A stretch of DNA of 63,693 nt from Thermodesulfovibrionales bacterium. GTDB taxonomy: Bacteria > Nitrospirota > Thermodesulfovibrionia > Thermodesulfovibrionales > UBA6898. Positions 41,832 through 53,287 of this stretch are shown piece after piece. Under the pieces are notes generated by a model. That model worked only from the letters and a program-made list of their open reading frames with translations. It searched no databases and was not told the DNA's origin. Within the stretch, counting starts at the first letter, position 1; every line of letters starts with the position of its first letter. A program made the position numbers and the translations under genes. Location of the stretch: the NCBI GenBank assembly GCA_044450345.1, contig JBIOIY010000009.1, positions 1-63,693 on the forward strand, read 5' to 3'.

Positions 41832-42367
41832 AACCGGTAAAACAGGCAAAGAAATACGCAAAGACATTGATCAGTGTAGTCGGCATCGACGAGATGCCCA
41901 AGGCCCTGGCCGAACTCGGCATGGTTGCGGACCTGATGCAAAAGAGCAGGGAGTTCAGCAGCCTTCTCGTTAATCCTGGCTTTACGGACGCAGAGCGGCA
42001 AAAGGCGTTCCAGCAGGTTGCCGCGAAGGCGGGCCTGTCTGAAATGGTCGTCAAGTTTATTATGCACCTTACGGGCCTCAAGGTGATTGCGGCCCTCCCG
42101 GACATCATCAAGATCGCTGCCGCGCTTTATCTGGAAAAGAAGAAGCGCGCAAAGGCGGTCGTCATGACGCCGGTCGAGGTGAGCAAGAACTACGAGGAGA
42201 GGCTGAAGGCGTCTCTCAAAAAGCTGATCAAAAGGGACGTTGACATCGAATATGTGCTCGATCCTTCCCTCCTCGGCGGGGTCCTCGTGAAGGTGGGCAG
42301 CACCATGTATGACAGCAGCGTAAAAGGCCAGCTTAGGCTTCTCAAAGATGAGCTTATAAAGGGGTGA
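41828..42367 (+). CDS. atpH: ATP synthase F1 delta
   Basis: [24 protein letters not shown]. Confidence 0.95.
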   Translation: MKPVKQAKKYAKTLISVVGIDEMPKALAELGMVADLMQKSREFSSLLVNPGFTDAERQKAFQQVAAKAGLSEMVVKFIMHLTGLKVIAALPDIIKIAAALYLEKKKRAKAVVMTPVEVSKNYEERLKASLKKLIKRDVDIEYVLDPSLLGGVLVKVGSTMYDSSVKGQLRLLKDELIKG

Positions 42368-42371
42368 TCAG

Positions 42372-43880
42372 ATGGAGATTAAAGTAGACGAGATAAGTGA
42401 GCTTTTAAGGAAACAGATAACTGACTTTGAAAAGAAGGTCGACGTAAGCGAGGTCGGTACGGTCATCTCCGTAGGTGACGGTATCGCCAGGGTCTACGGC
42501 CTCGACAAGTGCATGGCGTCGGAACTTTTAGAGTTCCCCGGCGGCGTTATGGGCATGGCCCTGAACCTGGAAGAAGACAGCGTCGGCGCGGTCCTCTTCG
42601 GCGAAGACTCACTTATCCATGAAGGGGACGTGGTGAAGCGTACCGGCAGGATCATGTCGGTCCCCGTAGGCGATGAACTTCGCGGAAGGGTCGTGAACGC
42701 CATCGGCCAGCCTATCGACGGCAAAGGCCCCATCAATACCAAGGAACTGAGGATCGTCGACATGGTCGCCCCCGGTATCATCGAAAGGCAGCCGGTCAAC
42801 CAGCCGCTTCAGACAGGGCTAAAAGCCATCGACTCGATGATCCCGGTCGGAAGGGGACAGAGAGAGCTTATCATCGGCGACCGCCAGACGGGAAAAACCG
42901 CAATCGGCATCGATGCTATCATCAACCAAAGGGGCGGGGACGTGACCTGCATCTACGTTGCGATCGGGCAGAAGCGTTCAAACGTCGCCCGCGTCATGAA
43001 GACGCTCGAAGAAAACGGCGCCATGGAGCACACGATCATCGTTTCATCTACGGCGAGCGAGCCTGCCCCACTTCAGTATATCGCCCCATATACCGGCTGC
43101 GCAATGGGAGAATTTTTCAGGGACAGCGGCAGACATGCCCTGATCATATATGATGACCTTAGCAAACAGGCGACCGCATACAGACAGCTCTCGCTGCTGC
43201 TAAGGCGCCCGCCAGGTCGTGAGGCATTCCCCGGAGACGTCTTCTATCTCCATTCGAGACTCCTTGAAAGGGCCGCGAGGGTTTCAGATGCGCTCGGCGG
43301 CGGGTCTTTGACGGCACTGCCGATCATCGAGACGCAGGCCGGTGACGTGTCGGGCTACATCCCGACTAACGTTATCTCGATCACGGACGGTCAGATATAC
43401 CTCGAACCGGAACTCTTCTATGCGGGTGTAAGACCGGCCGTTAACGTCGGACTTTCGGTCAGCCGCGTCGGCGGCGCGGCCCAGACAAAGGCGATGAAAC
43501 AGGTCGCCGGTACGCTCAGACTCGACCTCGCCCAGTTCAGGGAACTTGCTGCCTTCGCGCAGTTCGGAAGCGACCTCGATAAGTCGACCCTCGCGCAGAT
43601 CGAAAGAGGGAAGAGGATGGTCGAACTCCTGAAACAGGGCCAGTATGTCCCTATGTCCATGGTCGAACAGGTCACGGTACTCTTTGCCGCGACGCAGGGA
43701 TACATCGACGACATACCAGTCGAATCCGTAAGGAAATTCGAGGAGGAGATCCTCCGCTATATGAAGGACCGCAAGGCCGATGTCCTGAAGGAACTTGAAC
43801 AGAAGAAGGCGATCGACGATGAGCTCAAGCCCAAACTGGTCGCGGCGATCGCGGACTTCAAGAAAGGGTTTCAGCCTTAA
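42372..43880 (+). CDS. atpA: ATP synthase F1 alpha
   Basis: [30 protein letters not shown]. Confidence 0.99.
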   Translation: MEIKVDEISELLRKQITDFEKKVDVSEVGTVISVGDGIARVYGLDKCMASELLEFPGGVMGMALNLEEDSVGAVLFGEDSLIHEGDVVKRTGRIMSVPVGDELRGRVVNAIGQPIDGKGPINTKELRIVDMVAPGIIERQPVNQPLQTGLKAIDSMIPVGRGQRELIIGDRQTGKTAIGIDAIINQRGGDVTCIYVAIGQKRSNVARVMKTLEENGAMEHTIIVSSTASEPAPLQYIAPYTGCAMGEFFRDSGRHALIIYDDLSKQATAYRQLSLLLRRPPGREAFPGDVFYLHSRLLERAARVSDALGGGSLTALPIIETQAGDVSGYIPTNVISITDGQIYLEPELFYAGVRPAVNVGLSVSRVGGAAQTKAMKQVAGTLRLDLAQFRELAAFAQFGSDLDKSTLAQIERGKRMVELLKQGQYVPMSMVEQVTVLFAATQGYIDDIPVESVRKFEEEILRYMKDRKADVLKELEQKKAIDDELKPKLVAAIADFKKGFQP

Positions 43881-43954
43881 AGACAGCGAATAGTGAGGAG
43901 TGAGGGAAAAGAGAAGAAGCATCACTCATTACCGGTCACGATAAAGGATAAGAA

Positions 43955-44824
43955 ATGGCGACACTGAGAGACATAAAGAGAAGAATAAAAGCGGTACAGA
44001 GCACGAGCAAGATCACGAAGGCGATGAAGATGGTCGCCGCTTCCAAGTTCAGAAAGGCCCAGCAGCGGATGTTCGAGATGAGGCCCTATGCCGACAGGAT
44101 GAATGGCATCCTTTCGAGCCTCGCAAGCAGCGCTGAGGGGGAAATTCACCCGCTTCTTGCGGTGAGACCGAGGAAGAACGTCGAGGTGCTCGTCATGACG
44201 AGCGACAGGGGGCTTTGCGGCGCCTTTAATACTAATATACTCAGGGCGGCGACCCGACATACCAATGAGCTGAAAAAGGAAGGGTATGAGGTGGGTATCA
44301 GCATTGTCGGGAGAAAGGCCCGTGATTATTATAAGAGACGCGGAATCGAGATGCATAAGGCCTGGACCGGTATCTCCGGCAAGATATCCTATTCGAACGC
44401 CCAGGAGATCGCCGCCGAAATAATCGAGAACTACACGAACGAAACGATTGACGAAGTGGTGCTTATATATAACGAGTTCAAGTCTGCTATCGCGCAGCAG
44501 GTGGTGGTCCAGAGGCTGCTTCCCCTGGAGCCGATCATGGAGAGCGAAGAGGCGCTCCCTGTATACAATTTCATCTATGAGCCCTCGAAGCAGGAGATTT
44601 TCAGCAGGCTTGTGCCGAAGAATGTCGAGATCCAGATTTTCAGGGCGCTCCTTGAATCGCAGGCTTCTGAAGAAGCCGCCAGGATGGCCGCGATGGAAAA
44701 CGCCACGAGGGCGGCCAATGACATGATCGATGCTCTTTCGCTCCAGTACAACAAGGCGAGACAGGCCACGATTACGAAGGAGCTTATGGATATTGTCGGC
44801 GGTGTCGAGGCCCTAAAGGGATAA
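43955..44824 (+). CDS. atpG: ATP synthase F1 gamma
   Basis: KITKAMKMVA, DRGLCGAFN, YNKARQATITKEL. Confidence 0.99.
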   Translation: MATLRDIKRRIKAVQSTSKITKAMKMVAASKFRKAQQRMFEMRPYADRMNGILSSLASSAEGEIHPLLAVRPRKNVEVLVMTSDRGLCGAFNTNILRAATRHTNELKKEGYEVGISIVGRKARDYYKRRGIEMHKAWTGISGKISYSNAQEIAAEIIENYTNETIDEVVLIYNEFKSAIAQQVVVQRLLPLEPIMESEEALPVYNFIYEPSKQEIFSRLVPKNVEIQIFRALLESQASEEAARMAAMENATRAANDMIDALSLQYNKARQATITKELMDIVGGVEALKG

Positions 44825-44864
44825 ATGTAATGAATCGTAATATTGAAAATAAATCCGGGGGTAG

Positions 44865-46283
<1,419 letters not shown>

Positions 46284-46286
46284 ACG

Positions 46287-46700
46287 ATGGCAGAGGGAAA
46301 AATCCTTCTCGAAATAGTGACACCGCAGGGTCTGGTCTTCAGCGACGAGGTCGACGAAGTCACCGCTGCAGGAAGCGAAGGTGAATTCGGGGTCCTTCCC
46401 GGTCACGTGCCCTTTGTCACGACCCTCAAGATAGGCATACTCACCTGCAAGAAAGGGAACGAATCGAAGTACTTCTTCGTGAGCTGGGGCTATGCGGAGG
46501 TCGGCCACGAAAAGGTGATGATCCTTGCCGACAGCGCCGAGAAGTCCGAGGAGATCGATCTCGATCGGGCCATGGCAGCCAGGAAGAGGGCTGAAGAGAG
46601 ACTGAAACACGCCGAGAACGTCGACTTCGCAAGGGCCGAGTCAGCGCTCGAACGGGCTGTCACAAGGGCCCAGATTGTAGAAATAAGAAGAGTCAAATAG
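46287..46700 (+). CDS. atpC: ATP synthase F1 epsilon
   Basis: LEIVTP, GEFGVLPGH, ILAD. Confidence 0.97.
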   Translation: MAEGKILLEIVTPQGLVFSDEVDEVTAAGSEGEFGVLPGHVPFVTTLKIGILTCKKGNESKYFFVSWGYAEVGHEKVMILADSAEKSEEIDLDRAMAARKRAEERLKHAENVDFARAESALERAVTRAQIVEIRRVK

Positions 46701-46727
46701 ATTTCGGGAAGTACAAAGATTAACGGA

Positions 46728-46761
46728 GGGTTTGCGGAGATTATCTGCAGACCCTTTTTTG
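46728..46761 (+). terminator. atp operon terminator
   Basis: GGGTTTGCGGA-GATTA-TCTGCAGACCC followed by a T run. Confidence 0.8.
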
Positions 46762-46799
46762 TGCTGATAATGTAGTGCAGCAAATAAACAGCAAAGAGC

Positions 46800-46918
46800 G
46801 TCATTCCCGCGTCCGCACACAGGCGGATCCGCTCTCCTCGGCGAGTCGCCCGTGGCGACCGGGGAGGAAAGGCGGGAATCCAGGAATGCACTGGATTCCG
46901 GGTCAAGCCCGGAATGAC
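46800..46918. repeat. GTCATTCC..GGAATGAC palindromic element with nested mini-hairpin insertions
   Basis: GTCATTCCCGCG[insert]AAGGCGGGAATCCAG..CTGGATTCCGGGTCAAGCCCGGAATGAC; a half copy GATTCCGGACAGGCCGGAATGAC lies at ~50617-50639. Confidence 0.8.
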
Positions 46919-47257
46919 AACGAATTATATATAACTTAGATGTACTGAGGTCTATGACCCAGTTACTTCATTATTCGATGCCCCCCTACCTTAGTAGGAT
47001 TGATATCTTTATCTAAAAACCGCACAGTATTCGGCGATAAGATAAATGAAGGTTCTCTAAAAAAAGAACGGTCTAACATTGTTACTGTTACGAGAACGTT
47101 AATATGCTTATAAGAGGCATTTATCTATGTTTTTTCTCTGGACAGTAGCGGTTTGAATAGAATATACTTGAAAAAATTAAAATTTGGCAGGACTGAAAAG
47201 ACAGCTTTAAAAATAGATTTAAAAAGTCTCGAAAATACTTTCGGAGGATTCGGAGAT

Positions 47258-49105
47258 ATGTCTTTCAGCAGGACCGCATTAATTTTGTTCTTGATCTTCA
47301 TCTTATCACCTTTCTCTACTCCCGCCTTTGCGATGTCGGAAGAAGAAAAGACTTTTCTGAGTATGTATTTTAAGGACGAGGAGCTGGAGATCATTTCTGC
47401 AACGAGGAGCCTTAAGTCTATAACTCGCATTGCGGAGAATATCGAGGTTGTGACAAAAGAAGATATTGAATTGATGAACGCGCATACGCTTGCGGACGTA
47501 CTGAATACGGTCAACGGTGTACAGGTTTTTCCCTTCGGAAACGCACCCGGAGACGCTGCGCAGGTATTCATCCAAGGTTCGGCATCAAAGCATGTTGCGG
47601 TGTTTGTCGACGGCGTTTCGATGAATACCTTAAGCGGCCTAACTGCCGATGTCGGCGCTATACCTGTCCAGTTTGTGGAAAAGATCGAGATCATCAAGGG
47701 ACCGGCCTCTTCGGCTTGGGGTTCGTCTTTGGGAGGCGTGATCAACATTATTACGAAGGCCGGCATGGCAGATAAAACAAAGGGGATGCTTTCTGCGTCA
47801 TACGGCGAACATAATACAGGTGATTTCAGGGCAGAGGCTTCGGGCGGAGAAGGGAAACTAGGGTATTATTTCACTGTTGGCCGTCTTCAGACAGATGGCT
47901 TCAGGCCTGGCAATGACTCTAACGGACATAACTTCTATACTAAATTGTCCTATGAAATTTCAAAGGATACTCAGCTACTGTTTACCACGTTTTACACAAG
48001 CATCGCACATCGGGAGCTCGAAATAGACCCCGACATATTTAGTGATAAGTTCAGGAATATGTTCATGACACTTGCGATGAATTCTTCATTGAGCAGAGAA
48101 CTGAACCTGCAGTTGTCCCTAAGGTATCATCAGGACATATTCGATTCTTTTACCGATGATACTCCGGATTTCTTTGATAAGGATGATACCTATGGCGGAA
48201 GCGCGAAGATGACGTGGCGGCATGAAAACCATGCTATTGTTGCAGGCCTGGATTATGATAATCAACGCCTGGCTTCGAGCGCCATCGGACAAGTACTGCG
48301 GTTTACTAGGTGGGCAGTCTATGCCAATGACACCATCACCCTCGGCAAATTCGCCGTGACGCCGGGCGTGCGATACGATTACACCGGCATTGCAGGTTAT
48401 TTCCTTAGTCCGAGTCTCGGCATAACGTATCAGGTCGCAGACAATGCCATTTTGAGGGCCTATGCAGCACGGGGGTTCAGCAGCATCGAACCCCAAATCT
48501 CGAGGGCGGACTTCGGTAGTTTCATCCATAATCCCGATATAAAGCCGGAGAAGGTGTGGTCTTTTCAACTCGGCGGAGAGGCTGGTCTTACAAAGTATCT
48601 CTGGCTGAAGGTCTCCGGGTTCAGGCATGAGATAAGGGACGCTGAACAGGACGTCGATCTACCGGGAGGGTTCTTTACAACGGTGAATGCGGCGCGGCAG
48701 AGGAGGCAGGGAGTGGAGGTCAGTATGAAGACGACGCCTATTTATAATTTCACGCTTTCCGCAGGAACAACGATAATTGACACAAAGGATCTAGATACCG
48801 GTGAGGATATAAAGACAGTTCCCACGAACACTTATGATGTTGCGCTGAAATACGACGATAAAAAGTCTTTTAGGGCCCTTCTGCAAGGTCATTTCATCTG
48901 GTGGAATATGGATGATTCGGGTAATGCTCAATACAACTCGGTAATTTGGGATCTCAATATGATAAAGAAGCTTCGCTCGGAGGGTAAAAGCACGTGGGAT
49001 ATTTTCGTCACCGCACACAACCTGTTCAATGGTTCGCAATATTGGCAACAGTATTATCAAAATGCCCGCAGATGGATAGAAGCAGGGGTAAGGCTTACAT
49101 TTTAG
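47258..49105 (+). CDS. TonB-dependent outer-membrane receptor
   Basis: Signal peptide, plug (VTKEDIE, IQG, VFVDGV, EKIEIIKGPASSAWGSSLGGVINIITK), barrel ending AHNLFN..GVRLTF (terminal Phe). Confidence 0.95.
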   Translation: MSFSRTALILFLIFILSPFSTPAFAMSEEEKTFLSMYFKDEELEIISATRSLKSITRIAENIEVVTKEDIELMNAHTLADVLNTVNGVQVFPFGNAPGDAAQVFIQGSASKHVAVFVDGVSMNTLSGLTADVGAIPVQFVEKIEIIKGPASSAWGSSLGGVINIITKAGMADKTKGMLSASYGEHNTGDFRAEASGGEGKLGYYFTVGRLQTDGFRPGNDSNGHNFYTKLSYEISKDTQLLFTTFYTSIAHRELEIDPDIFSDKFRNMFMTLAMNSSLSRELNLQLSLRYHQDIFDSFTDDTPDFFDKDDTYGGSAKMTWRHENHAIVAGLDYDNQRLASSAIGQVLRFTRWAVYANDTITLGKFAVTPGVRYDYTGIAGYFLSPSLGITYQVADNAILRAYAARGFSSIEPQISRADFGSFIHNPDIKPEKVWSFQLGGEAGLTKYLWLKVSGFRHEIRDAEQDVDLPGGFFTTVNAARQRRQGVEVSMKTTPIYNFTLSAGTTIIDTKDLDTGEDIKTVPTNTYDVALKYDDKKSFRALLQGHFIWWNMDDSGNAQYNSVIWDLNMIKKLRSEGKSTWDIFVTAHNLFNGSQYWQQYYQNARRWIEAGVRLTF

Positions 49106-49157
49106 CTCAAAAGACCTCTTTCAGAGGGATAGTCTCATGAGAAAAGGAGGGGTGAAG

Positions 49158-49256
49158 ATGAAAGGACGCATTGTAGTTTTGGACAAGGGAGTTGAAAAAA
49201 AGTCGATGGTGAATTCAGGTTGTTGCAAACCGGGAATCGCTCAAAACAAAGTCTGA
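49158..49256 (+). CDS. Putative RiPP precursor, 32 aa, geopeptide-like (MKGRIVVLDKGVEKKSMVNSGCCKPGIAQNKV)
   Basis: Hand-translated, absent from the ORF track; strong AAGGAGG RBS; CC motif; directly upstream of an rSAM/SPASM gene. Confidence 0.85.
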   Translation: MKGRIVVLDKGVEKKSMVNSGCCKPGIAQNKV

Positions 49257-49268
49257 GGGTATTACAGC

Positions 49269-49292
49269 GGAGGGAGGATGGCACCTCCCTCC
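49269..49292 (+). promoter_or_regulatory. Intercistronic hairpin between precursor and maturase
   Basis: GGAGGGAGG-ATGGCA-CCTCCCTCC, 9-bp stem ending 7 nt before the maturase ATG. Confidence 0.7.
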
Positions 49293-49299
49293 TTCTCAA

Positions 49300-50604
49300 A
49301 TGATTCTGTCAAGATACTGTAAAAGTTATCATTCTACGGAGGATTCCGATTCTGTTGTCCTATACTCCACGAAGAAGGCGTCGTCTATTCTTTTGCCTTT
49401 TTCGATGCTGGCCGACATAGAATCCGGAAATCTTATCGAAGAAGAAAAGGAAACACTGGAAGAACTCGGTTTTCTTGTAAAGGACCACGATACAGAGACC
49501 ACGGAAGTCAGCGGCCTTATCGGCGAACTGAATACCCTTAATAAGACTTTCCATGTCAAACCCGTCATGAACCTGGACTGCAATCTTGCGTGCAAGTATT
49601 GTTTCGAAGGCCAACGTAAGGGGAAATTTTATATGACACAGGAGACCGCCGACTCTTTCATTCATTTTGTGGGAGAGCGAATCTCGGCCGACCTCTTCGA
49701 AGAAGTCGGCATAACCTTTTACGGAGGGGAGCCCCTTCTCAGTCTTGACCTAATACTTTATATGTCAGGAAAACTGAAAAAACTAAGTGAAAGCAAGGGC
49801 CTCAGGTTCAGCTTTTCATTCATCACGAACGGCACTCTTTTCACCAGGAAAACTGTAGAAAAACTGATTCCTCTCGGGCTTAAGAGCGCTGCTATAACAA
49901 TCGACGGTCCCCGTGAAATCCATGACTTTTTCCGGCCCTTTAAGGGAGGGGCCGGGAGTTTCGATGCGATCTTTAGAAACGTTAAAGAAGTCTGCGGCAT
50001 TACTGACGTTCAGGTCGGAGGGAATTTTACAAGGGAAAGCTATAAGGAATACCCATTGCTTCTGGACATTATGCTGGCCAGTGGATTGACGCCGGATAAA
50101 ATCTCGCAGGTGAGGTTTGATCCTGTGATGAGGGAACGGGAGGGGATCGCGTCGCCAGGGTTTCATGAGGGATGCGTCTCGCTCAGCGAGCCCTGGCTCT
50201 TTGAAGCGATGGTCTTCCTGAGGGAAGAGATACTCAAGAGAGGTTTCAGCAGCGGCAAGATCATGCCGTCGACGTGCATGATGGAATACACTCATTCTTT
50301 GGTTTTAAACCATGATGGCAGTATATACAAATGTCCCGGCTTTATCGACAGGCCTGAATTTAAGGTGGGCGATCTAAGGAAAGGCATCGAGGACTATAAA
50401 CACAGTCACAACCTCGAAAGCTGGAAGAATGAAGAATGTCTTGAGTGCGCATATCTTCCTTTGTGTTTCGGTGGTTGCAGATACATGAAGTTTATCCGCG
50501 ACGGAAACATGAAAGGCGTGGATTGCAGAAAGCCTTATTATGACGCCACGCTCGAGGCCTTTGTGAAGCAGGATATCAAATATGGGCTTTGCAAGCGGGG
50601 ATAG
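49300..50604 (+). CDS. Radical SAM/SPASM peptide maturase (geopeptide-maturase-like)
   Basis: CNLACKYC (CxxxCxxC), FYGGEPL, ITNG, TIDG; SPASM Cys set C..CPG..CLECAYLPLCFGGC..C; ~80-aa N-terminal extension compatible with a RiPP recognition element. Confidence 0.93.
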   Translation: MILSRYCKSYHSTEDSDSVVLYSTKKASSILLPFSMLADIESGNLIEEEKETLEELGFLVKDHDTETTEVSGLIGELNTLNKTFHVKPVMNLDCNLACKYCFEGQRKGKFYMTQETADSFIHFVGERISADLFEEVGITFYGGEPLLSLDLILYMSGKLKKLSESKGLRFSFSFITNGTLFTRKTVEKLIPLGLKSAAITIDGPREIHDFFRPFKGGAGSFDAIFRNVKEVCGITDVQVGGNFTRESYKEYPLLLDIMLASGLTPDKISQVRFDPVMREREGIASPGFHEGCVSLSEPWLFEAMVFLREEILKRGFSSGKIMPSTCMMEYTHSLVLNHDGSIYKCPGFIDRPEFKVGDLRKGIEDYKHSHNLESWKNEECLECAYLPLCFGGCRYMKFIRDGNMKGVDCRKPYYDATLEAFVKQDIKYGLCKRG

Positions 50605-50696
50605 TAAGTAAAGAAAGATTCCGGACAGGCCGGAATGACATCCATACAAAAAGCCAGTCGGGCATAAAAGGATATGGCACTTGCGGGGCCGGATAT

Positions 50697-50724
50697 GTAG
50701 GTGCACGTTGCAACGTGCCCCTAC
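50697..50724. repeat. GTAG-type REP palindrome
   Basis: GTAGGTGCACGTTG-CAACGTGCCCCTAC (one mismatch). Confidence 0.75.
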
Positions 50725-50811
50725 GGGTAATTGCAATATAATCTATAATATTATTGTGTTATTTATCCGCTTTTGTTATATTTCAACGGAATAAATGTTC
50801 CGTGGGGACGG

Positions 50812-51714
50812 ATGGACAAGAGATCTTCGTTTTTTGTATTAATTACATTGCTCTTCCTCAATGGTTTCGCTGCCTCGTCCGGGGCGGGCGAGATCGTCGT
50901 AATAAAGAGCGCAGATATACAGCCCTATAACGATGCGTTGGAGGGGTTCCGCAGTTCCTTTGCCGATGACGTAACGGAGATAGTATTGTCCGAGACCGAG
51001 CCTGCCGAGGCCTTCAGAAGAGTCCACGATGCCCGTGCTGACGCGGTCTTTGCCATCGGTATGGACGCACTCAACCTCGCACGGTCGGTCGTGGACATCC
51101 CGGTCATATATGCCATGGTCCCACACCACCCTCCCTTGAGTTCCGGCCCGAAGCCCATTTCGGGTGTCAGCATGTATATCCCGCCGGACAGGTATATCGG
51201 GGCCATGCTCGATGTATTTTACGGCGCAAAGAGGATAGGCGTTATATACGACCCCAGAAACTCAGAGGCGTATATGAAAGAGGCGCTGCAATCTGCGCAG
51301 GGCAGGGGAGTGGAACTTGTCCTCAGAAAGGCGTCGAGGCCGTCCGACATCCCTGCTCTTGTCGACTCCTTGAAAGACAAAATAGACGTCTTCTGGATGC
51401 TTCCCGATACGACCGTGATCAACCCTGAGACAGTGAAATACCTTCTCCTTTTCTCATTCCAGAATAAGGTGCCCATATTTACATTTTCGAAAAAATATGT
51501 CGAGATGGGGTCCACTGCCGGGCTCTATACCGCGCCCTTCGACATCGGCGTGCAGGCGGGGGAGATAGCGCGGAAGCTGGTCACGGAGAAAAACCCGAAG
51601 ACGATCAGGACAGACGCGAGAAGGACGGTCCTTGCGGTCAACAGGAAGATAATCAAAAAATTCGGAATAAGGGTGAGGGACGATATCTTAAACAGGGCCG
51701 AAAATGTTGACTGA
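50812..51714 (+). CDS. Orphan periplasmic substrate-binding protein (ABC_sub_bind type)
   Basis: Signal peptide; KRIGVIYDP, DVFWMLPD, IGVQAGEIA, VNRK motifs; no permease or ATPase nearby; overlaps the kinase start. Confidence 0.85.
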   Translation: MDKRSSFFVLITLLFLNGFAASSGAGEIVVIKSADIQPYNDALEGFRSSFADDVTEIVLSETEPAEAFRRVHDARADAVFAIGMDALNLARSVVDIPVIYAMVPHHPPLSSGPKPISGVSMYIPPDRYIGAMLDVFYGAKRIGVIYDPRNSEAYMKEALQSAQGRGVELVLRKASRPSDIPALVDSLKDKIDVFWMLPDTTVINPETVKYLLLFSFQNKVPIFTFSKKYVEMGSTAGLYTAPFDIGVQAGEIARKLVTEKNPKTIRTDARRTVLAVNRKIIKKFGIRVRDDILNRAENVD

Positions 51715-53284
51715 AAGGACAAAGAAGAGTTTCAGTTTCAAGGTATTCAGGTCGTTTGCTGTTTCGATCTTCCTGGTCTTTGCAGGCTTCACAGCCTTTT
51801 TTATCTATTATGAAAACAGGACCGTCCGGAACGACCTGTACAAAGAAGGAAAGATGCTTGCCGACCTCCTCGCATACAACACCAGGACGTGGGTATTCGC
51901 CGAGAACAAGGACATGCTGAAGGACGCGGTCCAGGGGATAATGGTCCAGAAAAATGTACTCGCCGTAGCGATATATAACATGGAGAAGAAGGCGCTGCTG
52001 GTCGAGACGAGGAAGGCCGCGGGGCAGGGGGCCTGGAAGACTGCCCAGCCTGTATCCGAAGCGTTCGCGCTCGACCCGGGCGATAAGACATCCGGACCTG
52101 TGGAAAAAGAAGATACCATCGATTTTCTCGCCCCTGTCTATCTTGAGACCTATAGAAATACAGAGGAGGCGCTTTATTTTGACGTCTCCGCTCCGGTAAG
52201 CAATCAGAGCGTCATCGGCTATGTAAAGGTCATACTCGATAAGGGCGTACTCAAACGGGAGATGAGGGCCATTTTGGTCAGGAACGCCCTCATTGCGGTA
52301 GTTTTTCTCTTTGCGGGCAGCATTGCCATCTATATCGCCATCAAAAGGGTCACCCTGCCGCTCACGAGACTTGCCGTCTCGGTGAGATCTCTTGGGAAGG
52401 GGGAAACGATCGACAAAGTCCCGGTGGAGTCGATGGACGAGATAGGAAGACTGGCGGTAGATTTCAACACCATGTACGACGACCTGAAGAAGAGGGAAGA
52501 GGAAAAAGAGGCCCTCGAAGAGCGGCTGAGGCATGCCCAGAAGATGGAGGCGATTGGGACCCTCGCCCGTGGGATCGCTCACGACTTCAATAATATCCTC
52601 GCGACCCTGAGAGGCTCTATCTACCTCATGGAGAAAAAGCTCCAGAAGCAGGTCAATGTGAAGCAGTATACCGGTCAGGTGCATAGTTCGATCACAAAGG
52701 CCCAGAACCTGATACGGGGACTTCTTACATTCAGCAGGACACAGACGATCAGTTCACGTCCGATGGACGTAAATAATATTATCAAAAGGCTTCAGCCGAT
52801 GCTCGTCAATATCGCAGGAGAAGATATCCGCATAAACATTTCTCTTTTTGAGGACCCCTTGATGGTGATGACCGACAGCATGCAGATGGAGCAGATCCTG
52901 ATGAACCTCTGTTCTAACGCGCGGGATGCAATGCCCGACGGGGGCGTGATTTTCGTATCGACGAGGGCAGAGACCGTCAATGAGGGCAAGCAGACCCTCG
53001 CTCCCGGCGAATATGCCGTTATTTCGTTGGGCGATACAGGTCCGGGCATGGATGACAGGGTCAAGGAGAGGATCTTCGAGCCTTATTTCACTACAAAGGA
53101 TGTGGGAAAGGGAACGGGCCTCGGACTTTCGATCGTATACGGTATAATAGAGCGGCATAAAGGGCATATCGAGGTGCACACGAAGAAGGGAGAAGGAACG
53201 GAATTTAGGGTATACCTGCCTCTCCTCGATGCACAAGAGGGAGATGCGGAAGGCGCGGCAGAGGACACTGCGGCAGAGGTGTGA
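51704..53284 (+). CDS. HAMP-domain sensor histidine kinase
   Basis: Two TMs, periplasmic domain, HAMP (PLTRL..DEIGRLAVDFN), GIAHDFNN, NARDAM, GTGLGL. Confidence 0.95.
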   Translation: MLTERTKKSFSFKVFRSFAVSIFLVFAGFTAFFIYYENRTVRNDLYKEGKMLADLLAYNTRTWVFAENKDMLKDAVQGIMVQKNVLAVAIYNMEKKALLVETRKAAGQGAWKTAQPVSEAFALDPGDKTSGPVEKEDTIDFLAPVYLETYRNTEEALYFDVSAPVSNQSVIGYVKVILDKGVLKREMRAILVRNALIAVVFLFAGSIAIYIAIKRVTLPLTRLAVSVRSLGKGETIDKVPVESMDEIGRLAVDFNTMYDDLKKREEEKEALEERLRHAQKMEAIGTLARGIAHDFNNILATLRGSIYLMEKKLQKQVNVKQYTGQVHSSITKAQNLIRGLLTFSRTQTISSRPMDVNNIIKRLQPMLVNIAGEDIRINISLFEDPLMVMTDSMQMEQILMNLCSNARDAMPDGGVIFVSTRAETVNEGKQTLAPGEYAVISLGDTGPGMDDRVKERIFEPYFTTKDVGKGTGLGLSIVYGIIERHKGHIEVHTKKGEGTEFRVYLPLLDAQEGDAEGAAEDTAAEV

Positions 53285-53287
53285 TGA

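Noticed and set aside
49254..49322. Selenocysteine read-through of the precursor UGA using the downstream hairpin as SECIS
   Set aside because: Spacing is compatible, but the loop (AUGGCA) lacks a G in the first positions, the UGA is not at a Cys-like position, and the extension would overlap the maturase start out of frame
50675..50690. TGGCAC-TTGC as a sigma-54 promoter for the binding-protein gene
   Set aside because: Spacing is wrong (no 5-nt gap; not GG-N10-GC)
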